This document shows positions 16,933 to 26,224 of a stretch of 42,262 bases of DNA, in pieces. The stretch covers positions 16,278-58,539 of the forward strand of contig CAZQUW010000002.1 of NCBI GenBank assembly GCA_964596215.1, written 5' to 3'. This DNA is from an uncultured Planctomicrobium sp. Lineage in GTDB: Bacteria > Planctomycetota > Planctomycetia > Planctomycetales > Planctomycetaceae. Under the pieces are notes generated by a model. It was given only the letters and a program-made list of their open reading frames with translations, searched no databases and had not been told where the DNA came from. Position numbers and translations under genes: made by a program. Within the stretch, counting starts at the first letter, position 1. Each line of letters begins with the position of its first letter.

Positions 16933-18285
16933 ATGCCCACTTCTCGTCGCTCCGTGTTGATCGTCGAAGACGAAGAGATTATCCGCACGACGCTGCACGA
17001 ATTCTTGTTGAGCGAGGGGTTCGAAGTCGTCAGCGCCGCCAATGTGGCGCAGGCGTTGCAGTTTGCCCGGTCGCGGGAATTTCAGGTCGCGATCTGCGAC
17101 GTGCAACTTCCGGATGGCGATGGCGTGGCCCTGTTACGCAAGTTGCAGCAACTGCAATCGCAGATTTGCGTCTTGATCATTACCGCCTACGCCACGGTCG
17201 AAAGTGCCGTCGAAGCATTTAAGGCAGGGGCCTACGATTACTTGATGAAGCCCGTCATCTTTGATGATCTGGCCTTCAAGCTGAATCGCCTGTTTCAATA
17301 CCGCGAAGTATTTCTTGAGAATCTGGCACTGCGTCGCGAACTGGCCCGGCATGAGATGTTCGATGAACTGGTGGGCTCGAGCCAGGCGTTGCGTTCGGTT
17401 CAAGAATCAATTCGTAAGGTGGCCGTGACGAACTGCCACGTGCTGCTGGAAGGAGAATCAGGAACGGGCAAGGAATTGTTTGCCCGCGCGATTCACCGCG
17501 CCGGGCCAAAGAAGCACGAGAAGTTCCTGCCAGTGAATTGCGGTACGATGCCCGTCGATCTGCTGGAAGCACAACTTTTCGGCTGTCGCAAAGGGACGGC
17601 CGGGGCTGATTCCGATCAGCCGGGCATCTTTTTGCTGGCCGGGGAAGGCACGGTCTTTCTGGACGACGTGGCCCAGCTTCCGGTGAGCTGCCAGGCGAAG
17701 GTTTTGCGAGCGATCGAATATCAGGAAATCCTGCCGCTGGGCAGCGCCGAGGCCGTGCGGGTCTCGCCACGAATCATTGCCTCGACGACGCGTGACTTGC
17801 TCCGTGAAGTCGCTGAAGAACGGTTTCAGGAAGATCTTTTCTATCGCCTGAATGGCGTCAAAATCCGGATACCGCCGCTGCGTGAACGTTTGGATGACAT
17901 CCCCGAACTGGTCGAATTTTTCCTCTCCAAGCACACCCAGGCAATCGGCAAACGGGTCACCGGTGTGAGCGGCGAAACGATGCGGCTGTTGATGTCGGCA
18001 CGCTGGAAGGGAAATGTCCGGCAACTGGACAACGCTCTGCAGCGGGCGGTCATCATGTGTGAGGGGCCACAGATTCAGCCGCAGGATTTGCCCAGCGATA
18101 TCCTGGGCATCGAAACCCCGATCCCGGCGACCGACGATCTACGCTCTGCCCTGCGACATTACGAGCGGCTGCATATTCGCCGCGTGTTGCAGCAATGGCC
18201 CGACAAGCGCGAAGCCGCGAAGCGCTTGCGGCTGGGGCTGTCGAGCCTCTACCGCAAGATTGAAGATCTGGAAATTGATCTGTAA
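16933..18285 (+). CDS. NtrC-family response regulator (receiver + AAA+ + Fis-type HTH domains) with a degenerate GAFTGA loop
   Basis: The receiver has VLIVEDEE, ICDVQLPDGDG and LMKP. The AAA+ domain has GESGTGKE (Walker A) and TVFLDDV (Walker B). A C-terminal HTH follows. The sigma54-contact motif position reads GTAGAD (17593-17610). Confidence 0.9.
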   Translation: MPTSRRSVLIVEDEEIIRTTLHEFLLSEGFEVVSAANVAQALQFARSREFQVAICDVQLPDGDGVALLRKLQQLQSQICVLIITAYATVESAVEAFKAGAYDYLMKPVIFDDLAFKLNRLFQYREVFLENLALRRELARHEMFDELVGSSQALRSVQESIRKVAVTNCHVLLEGESGTGKELFARAIHRAGPKKHEKFLPVNCGTMPVDLLEAQLFGCRKGTAGADSDQPGIFLLAGEGTVFLDDVAQLPVSCQAKVLRAIEYQEILPLGSAEAVRVSPRIIASTTRDLLREVAEERFQEDLFYRLNGVKIRIPPLRERLDDIPELVEFFLSKHTQAIGKRVTGVSGETMRLLMSARWKGNVRQLDNALQRAVIMCEGPQIQPQDLPSDILGIETPIPATDDLRSALRHYERLHIRRVLQQWPDKREAAKRLRLGLSSLYRKIEDLEIDL

Positions 18286-18299
18286 TTGCGCGGGCTGAC

Positions 18300-19547
18300 T
18301 CAGAGAGTCTGGCTACGAGCTGCCGCACTGGTTCCCGCCAGCCATCCCGTGCTGAATGCCGCCTGAAAATTGTAGCCGCCAATCGGGCCATCCAGATCGA
18401 GAATTTCTCCGGCAAAATAGAGACCGGGGATCAGTTTGCTTTCCATCGTGCGCGAATCAACTTCGCTCAGGGCAATACCTCCCGCAGTGACTTCAGCCTT
18501 TTCAAATCCCAGCGTGCCGGTGACCGGAATTGGTAAGCGCTTCGTGGCGCCGACGAGACGCCCCCGTTCGGCCTTGCTGAGCTCCGCACATTTACGGGTG
18601 AGGGAGATTTCTGCGATGCCGAACATCGCTTCGACCACCCGTCGCGGAAGATGTTCAGACCAGCGGCTGAGGACCAGTTGAGTCCCTGCGGCCTGACCGG
18701 AACTCTGCAGTTCCGCCAGGAGCTGGTCTTCGGTACTGGTCGGGAGTAAGTCGCATTCCAGTGTGAGGTCCGCTGGATGGAGGTGCCCGCTGACGACCCG
18801 GCTGACATTCAGAATTGCCGGGCCCGACAGGCCAAAATGTGTGAACAAGAGTGACCCCTGCTGCTGGGCGAGAGGTTTGCGTTGGCCGGGCTCGAGCACT
18901 CGGACCAGCACATCCGGAAGTGTCACGCCGCTTAACCCGCGGACCCATTCTGCAGTGCTGGTGATGGGGACCAGGGCCGGGCGCGGTGACACAACGGTGT
19001 GGCCCAGGGATGTCGCCCAGGCATAGCCCTCACCGGTCGTGCCGCAGCCGGGATACGATTGGCCGCCGGTGGTCAGGATCAGTTTGCGGCTCATCCAGGT
19101 TTGGTGGAGACCGCAGACTTCAAAGCCGACCTCTGTGCGTCGGATGGCCGTGACGGGGATTTCAGTTTTCAATTCCGCCCCACTGCGGTCCAGCCGGCGC
19201 AACAACGCCTGCTGGACATCCTGAGCTTTGTCACTGACCGGAAAAATCTTGCCCGTCGATTCGACCTTGGTCGGCACACCTTCGGCATGAAACAACTCGA
19301 TGACAGCGTGCGGATCAAGCCCCGCCAGGGCGGAGTGCAGGAATTTACCGGTTGCACCGTACGCGGTGACAATCCCCTTCACATCGGTGGACTGAGTGAT
19401 GTTACAACGCGTGCCACCGGACATCAGGATCTTCACCGCGGGCTTGCGATTCTTCTCCAGCAGCAGGGTTTGTGCTCCCTGCTCAGCCGCACGGGTGGCG
19501 GCCAGCAAGCCGGCGGCACCTGCACCAATTACAATAACATCCTGCAT
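18300..19547 (-). CDS. HI0933/BaiN-family NAD(P)/FAD-dependent oxidoreductase
   Basis: The N-terminus is VIVIGAGAAGLLAATRAAEQG....LLEKN.K...KILMSGGTRCNIT. The C-terminal motif is FAGEILDLDGPIGGYNFQAAFSTG. Confidence 0.88.
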   Translation of the reverse strand: MQDVIVIGAGAAGLLAATRAAEQGAQTLLLEKNRKPAVKILMSGGTRCNITQSTDVKGIVTAYGATGKFLHSALAGLDPHAVIELFHAEGVPTKVESTGKIFPVSDKAQDVQQALLRRLDRSGAELKTEIPVTAIRRTEVGFEVCGLHQTWMSRKLILTTGGQSYPGCGTTGEGYAWATSLGHTVVSPRPALVPITSTAEWVRGLSGVTLPDVLVRVLEPGQRKPLAQQQGSLLFTHFGLSGPAILNVSRVVSGHLHPADLTLECDLLPTSTEDQLLAELQSSGQAAGTQLVLSRWSEHLPRRVVEAMFGIAEISLTRKCAELSKAERGRLVGATKRLPIPVTGTLGFEKAEVTAGGIALSEVDSRTMESKLIPGLYFAGEILDLDGPIGGYNFQAAFSTGWLAGTSAAARSQTL

Positions 19548-19562
19548 ATCAATCCGATTGTC

Positions 19563-20102
19563 TTACGACTTCTTGGGTCGAAAGGCCGTGACGACGGCGG
19601 GGTTTGTGGTCAGGAATGGCCCCTCAATCAGATCGATGCAATACGGGATCGCGGGGAAAACGGCCATCAGACATTCGCGGATCGCACTCGGCTTGCCGGG
19701 CAGGTTCAAAATCAGCGATCGACCGCGAATACCCGCGATTTGTCGCGACAAGATGGCGGTCGGTACCACTTTCAGTGAGACGGCACGCATCTGCTCCGCA
19801 AACCCATCCAGAATTTTCTGGCAGACCGCCGCAGTGGCTTCCGGTGTGACATCGCGCAACGCGGGACCTGTCCCGCCTGTGGTAACAATCAGGCAGCACT
19901 GCTGCTGGTCAGCCAGCTCGATCAGCGTCTGCTCGATCAATGCCTGCTCGTCAGGAATCAGCCGGACGACAGGCTCCCACGGAGAGGACAGGATGTCGTT
20001 CAGACAGTCCTGCATGGCAGGTCCACCGAGATCCACGTACTCGCCACGGCTGGCGCGGTCCGAAACGGTAACGAGGCCAATTCGAATGGGTAAGGATGAC
20101 AT
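19563..20102 (-). CDS. mogA: Molybdopterin adenylyltransferase
   Basis: The motifs IRIGLVTVSDRASRGEYVDLGGPA and LIVTTGGTGPALRDVTPEAT are present in a 179-aa product. Confidence 0.88.
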   Translation of the reverse strand: MSSLPIRIGLVTVSDRASRGEYVDLGGPAMQDCLNDILSSPWEPVVRLIPDEQALIEQTLIELADQQQCCLIVTTGGTGPALRDVTPEATAAVCQKILDGFAEQMRAVSLKVVPTAILSRQIAGIRGRSLILNLPGKPSAIRECLMAVFPAIPYCIDLIEGPFLTTNPAVVTAFRPKKS

Positions 20103-20172
20103 GTGCGCGATCTCTCGTTCGAAATTCTGATTGACGCCGACTCACAGCGGCCCCGGTGGCATTCTAACGAAA

Positions 20173-20204
20173 TCACCCCGATTGCCGCTGGGCAACCGGG
20201 GTGA
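20173..20204 (-). terminator. Hairpin terminator candidate downstream of the thioredoxin-domain gene
   Basis: An 8-bp stem (TCACCCCG paired with CGGGGTGA) is followed on the minus strand by TTTCGTT. Confidence 0.4.
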
Positions 20205-20242
20205 GATTTTATCGTTGAAACCAAGCTAAGTCGTGAAGCGAA

Positions 20243-21205
20243 TTAGTCTTTCATGCCGATGCGAGTGTCTGCTCGTTCGATGTCATGCAGATTGACATGT
20301 CGGGTCTTGGTGAATTGCGGGGGGCTTTGCTTGAAACGTTCGCGATTGGCCAGCGCGTTAAAGAGGTACAATTCACCATCGAAGAAGGCAGCGTACTTGG
20401 CTGTTCCCGCGATGGCCCGTTCGGTCTCCCACAGGGCGACGGGGTCGCAACCCAGCAACTGAGGAGCATAGCGGGTCGGCTCGGCGATGAAATCGTCGCG
20501 GTCGGCCAGCGAGGCGAAGTAGAAGCGGACCCCTTGGTAATCGGCACCAAATGCGGTCTTGCCTTTGCTCCATTCACGAGTACGCCACAATGTCACCGGG
20601 CAATAACCATCCAGCCCGACGATCAGCCTGGAAGTCTTTTTGGGATCTTTCAATGGCTCGGGAACAATCTCGTCCACTTTCGGAGCAGCAGGTTTGTTCT
20701 GTTGAGCGAGGAGTCTTTCTTCCGCAAGCTTCTTCTCTTCCGCAGCCCGCTTAGCGATCGCCATCTCGTCAGCCGACTTCTTTTCAGCGTTAGAAAGAAT
20801 GGCGAGGTAATTATTGCGTGGCTGGAATCCGACTGTCTTGCCGAGCAGTTTGCCGCTCGGGCTGATCAATACGTCGGCCGGGATGGAGTTAACGCCATAC
20901 TTTTCGGCGATTTCAGGGTGTTGATCGAGATCGATCTTCACGCCGACTACCCGATCAGATAGTACACGTTTGACATCAGCCGTGTTTAAGACATCCGATT
21001 CCATCTGCTTACACGGCCCACACCAGGATGCATGGAAGTGCAGCAAGAGGGGGCGCCCCGTCTGCCGGGCTTCCGCCTCCGCTTCCGCGAAGCTGTGCCG
21101 CCAGTGCTTGTCCTTGGCTTTGGCAGCAAATAACCCGGTTTGTGTTACGAGCAGGAAGCTGAGGATTAACCCAGTCGCCCGCAATGATACGCGGTCGGAA
21201 ATCAT
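20243..21205 (-). CDS. Secreted thioredoxin-domain protein with two C-terminal YHS-like domains
   Basis: The Trx motif is HASWCGPCKQME, followed by a Lys/Ala/Glu-rich linker. Two repeats follow: GYCPVTLW...YQGVRFYFASLADRDDFIAEPTRYAP and GCDPVALW...FFDGELYLFNALANRERFKQSP. The start at 21205 (MISDRVSL, signal) is preferred over 21256. Confidence 0.8.
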   Translation of the reverse strand: MISDRVSLRATGLILSFLLVTQTGLFAAKAKDKHWRHSFAEAEAEARQTGRPLLLHFHASWCGPCKQMESDVLNTADVKRVLSDRVVGVKIDLDQHPEIAEKYGVNSIPADVLISPSGKLLGKTVGFQPRNNYLAILSNAEKKSADEMAIAKRAAEEKKLAEERLLAQQNKPAAPKVDEIVPEPLKDPKKTSRLIVGLDGYCPVTLWRTREWSKGKTAFGADYQGVRFYFASLADRDDFIAEPTRYAPQLLGCDPVALWETERAIAGTAKYAAFFDGELYLFNALANRERFKQSPPQFTKTRHVNLHDIERADTRIGMKD

Positions 21206-21707
21206 GTCCAACACCTCGACAGAATTCGAACTGACAACTTGACCTGGTTGGCCCATCCCCTCAGGTTTCGCCCGTCATGGCAATCGTCCATGAATTGCCT
21301 ATTCCCTTACATCTGGTTAGATGCCGCGTTATCCACGCGGTGACAGGGTTGCGATGCGTCACTGCATCCTGGCCCGTCGGGGAAGTCGACCATCATAGCT
21401 TTCGTAATCGATTTCTCCAGCGAATGCGGAAAATAGTCGCCAGACTGCCCAAACATACCCCTTGACGGGTGAGACGTGATTTGCTGAGTGTTAAGACTAT
21501 TATCGGCGTGCGCTGCCTGCCGAGTTGGGCTTCGATTGGAAAATTTACTGGCGAACGATTAGCTTGCGAAACGGATAGTCATGTCTCGCGGGGCTGGGGT
21601 AGAATCGGGGGTTTGCCGAACGTTCCTGTTTTCCGAGCTGGGTGGGGACGTACAGCCCTTGGCGTCGCATCTCGACTCAATGCCGCTCCTCAGATTCCCC
21701 CAAGACG

Positions 21708-22385
21708 CTACAAGGGGCGGGAGGGAATTGGTTCAATCTCGCTCGCATGCCAGTCGAAGTCCGGGGCTACCGAGCGACTTTGAACCAGTTCAGTGACGGG
21801 GGGATCAAGTGGCGCGACCCCGGCGATGCGCAAGAAGTTTGCCAGAATACGATGTCCCCCCTCGGTCAGGACTGATTCCGGGTGGAACTGCACTCCATAG
21901 ATTGGCCAGGAGATATGCTCCAGGGCCATGGGAATCCCGTCGGTGGTATGGGCCACAATGCGGAGGTCGGCGGGGAGCGACGATTCCCGGACGATCAATG
22001 AATGATAGCGCATGGCTCGAAAGGGATTGGCCATGCCTGCCAGCACATTGTGCTGATGATGGGTAATCCAGGCTGTTCTGCCATGAACCGGTTCGGGGGC
22101 GCGGATGACTTCCCCCCCCAGTGCCGCTGCCATGGCCTGATGACCGAGGCAGACGCCCAGCATCGGAATCCGGGCGCCCAAATGGCGAATGACTTCCATA
22201 CTGATGCCGGCCTCTTCTGGTGTACAGGGGCCAGGAGAAATGACAATCGCCTGTGGCCGCAGGCGCTCGATCTCAGCTACGGTGAGCACGTCGTTGCGGA
22301 CAACCTGCGTTTCGGCTCCCAGTTCCTGGAGATAGCGCGCCAGGTTAAAGACAAAACTGTCGTAGTTATCCAGCAGAAGGATCAT
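21708..22385 (-). CDS. trpG: Anthranilate/aminodeoxychorismate synthase glutamine amidotransferase component
   Basis: The motifs MILLLDNYDSFVFNLARYL, ISPGPCTP, LGVCLGHQA and QFHPES are present. About 35 extra C-terminal residues follow. TrpG versus PabA cannot be resolved from sequence alone. Confidence 0.85.
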   Translation of the reverse strand: MILLLDNYDSFVFNLARYLQELGAETQVVRNDVLTVAEIERLRPQAIVISPGPCTPEEAGISMEVIRHLGARIPMLGVCLGHQAMAAALGGEVIRAPEPVHGRTAWITHHQHNVLAGMANPFRAMRYHSLIVRESSLPADLRIVAHTTDGIPMALEHISWPIYGVQFHPESVLTEGGHRILANFLRIAGVAPLDPPVTELVQSRSVAPDFDWHASEIEPIPSRPL

Positions 22386-22517
22386 AGTCGTTGTTCGCCA
22401 GACGAACAAAACGCGTTCGCAATCGCTGGGTGGAACGGACGAAGAAACGCAGCGAGACGCCAGAACCCGCCGCCGCCTATCAGTTTAGACGACAAGGCAA
22501 GCCGCGAGACACCCTGC

Positions 22518-22946
22518 TTATTTTAACAACCCCGTCCCGGGAGCATGCACTTTCAGCGGATTATTTCGCTTATCGGGCTCATATTGGCCCCCGCCATCCT
22601 GGTACGAGCGACCGTGGCTCCATTTCAGTGCGACTCGGGTATACCACGGAGCATAGTCATTCCCCCAGGTGCCCTCGTGCACATAGCGTCCCTCGCCGCG
22701 GCAACTCTGGCTGCCGCCGACGTAGTAGCCCGCCGAGTGTTTCTCCCAGGAGGGCTGGGCCCACCGGCTGACGCATTGGGGATTGCCCGCACGGTTGAAG
22801 TTACCGGAGATCGCGCGCGGTCGAGCCGGAATGCCCAGGTCTTGTCCACAGGCGGTCGCCACCGTCAGGCCGGCGCAGGTCAGCGTGACTGCCGCGCGGC
22901 CCCAATGCGACTTCCAGTTTGCAAATGCCAACATCACGGAATCCAT
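22518..22946 (-). CDS. Small secreted or lipoprotein hypothetical protein
   Basis: The signal carries a possible lipobox (VATAC). The 142-aa product is Trp/Gly/Tyr-rich (WGNDYAPWYTRVALKWSHGRSYQDGGGQY). It lies on the same strand between the giant GlcG-like gene and trpG. Confidence 0.6.
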   Translation of the reverse strand: MDSVMLAFANWKSHWGRAAVTLTCAGLTVATACGQDLGIPARPRAISGNFNRAGNPQCVSRWAQPSWEKHSAGYYVGGSQSCRGEGRYVHEGTWGNDYAPWYTRVALKWSHGRSYQDGGGQYEPDKRNNPLKVHAPGTGLLK

Positions 22947-23061
22947 TCGTCGTGAAATGTGGAACTGTTCGATCCCAACTCACCGAGTCGGGGCTTGTTG
23001 TCGGGCGAACTCAGCGACGTGAACGCCGGGTGTCCCGGGACAGCCTGGTCTAGCGGTCGAT

Positions 23062-25635
23062 TTAACCATACGGATTACGCAGGAATTTGTTGTAGGGCAG
23101 CCGCACATTGCGGTAGGTATACTGATCGGCCCGGATGCTGGTCGGCGCTGCATAGCCACTGATCGCCGCGGTCGTAACGACATCGTCCTGATCCACGCCG
23201 TCGCCACTGACACCCAGGCCGCCGACGAGCACGCCATTCTTGTAGATCCCTGAACTCCCAGGGAAGAAGACCACGCCGTTCTGATTTTCGGATGGGGTGC
23301 TGGTGTTGTGGAAGTTGGTACCAATGTTGAACGAGTCGTATCCCACGGCCGTCTGGAAACTACTCGCAGGAGCCGGGGCTCCCAGGTTTTCGGCATTCTT
23401 GGGATTGATACTGGGTTCGTTCAGAATCGAAAACGCCCCCGGCTTGGTGCCATCCACACCCGACGGATAACGCGGTTCGGCGAGGAAGCGGAAGGTTCGG
23501 GCGGTAAAGGCGACCCCCCTGGGGTTCACCGCAGGATTCTGCTTGGGGATCACGCGATCTTCAGGCTGCAACTGCGCCGGATTGTTGTAGTAGGCCATGT
23601 TGCGGGCTTTGGCGACGGCGACATCCAATGAGAAATAGGTGGCGTCGTCCATCCGGTAAAGTCCCAGCACTTCGCCGGTGGTGTCCGTCACGGCGAAGAC
23701 CATTTTCGTCCGCGTGCCAAGTGGCGCGCGGATGGCAGCACGGACTCGATTGGCTTCGGCGATTCCCTGGTTGATGATCTTGGTGACGTCTGCCGCTGTC
23801 AGCCCGACACCATCATGAGCCGCCACCAGCCATCCGGTCGGCACGGCCGTCCCCGGCAGGAATGTGTCGGTGGGGGTCACCGGCTGGTCTGTTCCATTAA
23901 CCGTTCCCGGCCCCAGCCGGGCCAGCAATTGATTAATCTGTCTGACACCCTCAATACCCGCCGTCGGCCCGATCGCTTCCAGTGTAATGCCGACCAGATC
24001 AATTCTGGGGAATGGTAAGTCAATCCCCTCGACGGGTGGCACGCCCCCCACTGGGCCGGCCTTAATTCCCGCCTGGCGCGAACTGCCAATGGCGGCCAGC
24101 GCGATGGCTTCGGCCTCGAGTACGAGTGGTGCATTGGTGCGGGCGGTGGTGGAGACGCCGTCCCCGTGAACAAAGCCCTGCTCATAGGAGGCGTAGCCGT
24201 CAGGTCCCGGGAAGAAGACGCCGATCCCACCGACGACGGTATCGCCAATCCCATTGCCGTCGGTGTCTCGATACAGCGGAATACCACCCGGCAGCGTGGC
24301 GATGCCGCGCGGCAAGGCATCAGGCATCAAGCCGGACTGCAGGCCGTACGATCCCGGGGCGTTAATCTCCTGAGCTGCGGAGACATAATCCGCGTTAAAC
24401 CGCCCTTCTCCGCCGGGATAGGAATCAATGCTGTCCCGGTTGGTGTGTTCGATGCCAAACAAGTCGACCGGCGGCGTGTGCGAAACGCCCGGCGGGAAGT
24501 GGCCCCCCAGACCGATCGGGGCCACGAATCCCGGGCCGGCAATCGTCGAACTCATGTCGGTGATGCTGGGGTTCGAGTTCACCTCACGCTCGGTGATGGT
24601 CGTCTGGCTGATGAATCGTACGGTGCGTGATGTCAGCACACCCTGATTATTGGAGAAGAAGGCCGCCGTCCGTGCTTCCGCGACGGCGCCGTCAATCGAG
24701 AAGACGAGCGTTGCGAGATCTAACGTAGGGACGTCGGCTTCGGTGCGGACTCCCAGGATGATCCCCTGCCGGTCCGTGATGACGATAATCGCATCCTGGC
24801 TGGGGGTCGCCGCCGATGCTCGGTCCAGCAATTGTTCCACATCTGTTGTTGTTAACTGTGGATCACCGGAGAAAACAGAGGCCAGCGTTTCCGGGTGGAC
24901 CGCGTCGGCAATAATCGAGGAACTACTGGTTGATGACGTCGTGGTTGTCGATCCGCTGCCGGTTAAGTTGAGTCCCAGGCCTGGCACCGCGGAAGCACTA
25001 TTGGTTCCAGAGGACGTCGTTTCCGTGGAATTGCCAATGTTGCCCGACCCCACCTCCGGATCTGTCGTGGTGGTGGAAGTGGTGGTCGTCCCTCCCGTCG
25101 TGGAACTGTTGGGCTTGCTCGAAGCCGATTCGGCTTTCGAGGCCTTTCGAGCCGCTTTCGCTGCCGCCCGCTGTTCCGCCTTGGCCGCCTTCAGCAGGCT
25201 CTTCGAGTTGGCAGACTTGGACCCCTTCAGCGCGGTCCCCAATTTCTCGGTGCTCCCCGCGGAAGGCTCCGTGGACGCTACACTTAAGGGCTGGTTGACG
25301 ATCGCTTCGCTCAAGTTCGTCGAGTCATCGGAGAGGACGCTTGGGGATGCGACCGCTGGCTGAATGACCAATGAACTCGATTGAGGTGCGGAGTCCGGTT
25401 GTGTCGAGGACGTAGCAAGTACCGCGACTTCCAGATTGGCAAAGTTGGATGCCAAATTGGGCAATGCGGAGGGAACGAGCTCTCCTAGAAGTGCCCGTTC
25501 TTCCAGACTCTCTGTCTGCGTTCCCGTGCGGCGCGAAGTTGTTCTCCGGGCCGGTGTGGTACGCCAATTTCGCAGCCAGCTTTTCCAGACTTCTACTGCC
25601 ATACTGATCTCCGTGGCCGGCCCAATACGTCGCAA
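23062..25635 (-). CDS. Large secreted protein with two GlcG/HbpS-like (DUF336, haem-binding/degrading family) domains
   Basis: The product is 857 aa. The N-terminus has an Arg-rich segment followed by SLEERALL. A KAAKAEQRAAAKAARKASKAE block and Ser/Thr-rich spacers follow. Domain 1 has IIVITDRQGIILGV...IDGAVAEARTAAFFSN...LPGGIPLY...VVGGIGVF. Domain 2 has MVFAVTDTTGEVLGLYRMDDA...LDVAVAKARNMAYYNN...VLVGGLGVSGDGVDQDD. Confidence 0.8.
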   Translation of the reverse strand: MRRIGPATEISMAVEVWKSWLRNWRTTPARRTTSRRTGTQTESLEERALLGELVPSALPNLASNFANLEVAVLATSSTQPDSAPQSSSLVIQPAVASPSVLSDDSTNLSEAIVNQPLSVASTEPSAGSTEKLGTALKGSKSANSKSLLKAAKAEQRAAAKAARKASKAESASSKPNSSTTGGTTTTSTTTTDPEVGSGNIGNSTETTSSGTNSASAVPGLGLNLTGSGSTTTTSSTSSSSIIADAVHPETLASVFSGDPQLTTTDVEQLLDRASAATPSQDAIIVITDRQGIILGVRTEADVPTLDLATLVFSIDGAVAEARTAAFFSNNQGVLTSRTVRFISQTTITEREVNSNPSITDMSSTIAGPGFVAPIGLGGHFPPGVSHTPPVDLFGIEHTNRDSIDSYPGGEGRFNADYVSAAQEINAPGSYGLQSGLMPDALPRGIATLPGGIPLYRDTDGNGIGDTVVGGIGVFFPGPDGYASYEQGFVHGDGVSTTARTNAPLVLEAEAIALAAIGSSRQAGIKAGPVGGVPPVEGIDLPFPRIDLVGITLEAIGPTAGIEGVRQINQLLARLGPGTVNGTDQPVTPTDTFLPGTAVPTGWLVAAHDGVGLTAADVTKIINQGIAEANRVRAAIRAPLGTRTKMVFAVTDTTGEVLGLYRMDDATYFSLDVAVAKARNMAYYNNPAQLQPEDRVIPKQNPAVNPRGVAFTARTFRFLAEPRYPSGVDGTKPGAFSILNEPSINPKNAENLGAPAPASSFQTAVGYDSFNIGTNFHNTSTPSENQNGVVFFPGSSGIYKNGVLVGGLGVSGDGVDQDDVVTTAAISGYAAPTSIRADQYTYRNVRLPYNKFLRNPYG

Positions 25636-26224
25636 GTGTATTGTCTATTGCAAGTTGTAAATCGGCTGCAGGACACATGGCCGCTGCTGTCGCGATGTGA
25701 TTTCAGACTCTTGACGTTCGACCTGATGTCGTTGGATGCGTCAAATCTTGAGCCGTTCGCGAGGCGGACCGGCTGCTCCCGACTTACGGTAGTTATTCAG
25801 TCGTCCGTAAGACGCGTGACTCCGTGTCATCAAGCCGTGAAAATTAATCACCTGAGTAAAAAATGTCGGAACAAGCCGCACAGTCGCTAAATACTGCCCA
25901 GACTCTCTGTTTTTCCCGGCGTATCACTCATCTGCGGTCATGGTGTTCTGTAAGTTACTTACCCGAAAACCTTTACGATCTAATTGCATGGACTGCAGAC
26001 CCGCCGGCAAGACCTAATGTCTCGACCGTTACATTCGGCCACGTCATCTTATTGCGACATATTCCTTAGACGCCGGATAATCCCGAGAAGTTTCCTGAAC
26101 TACCGAACCGATACTGACGAGGTATCAAAATCGAAATTCGCCGGATGATCGTTAAAGCGATTCATCTTTTGACTTTCGCCTGTACCGGACAACTTGTTCC
26201 ACGCCAAGTAGCCGAGCCCTCTGT

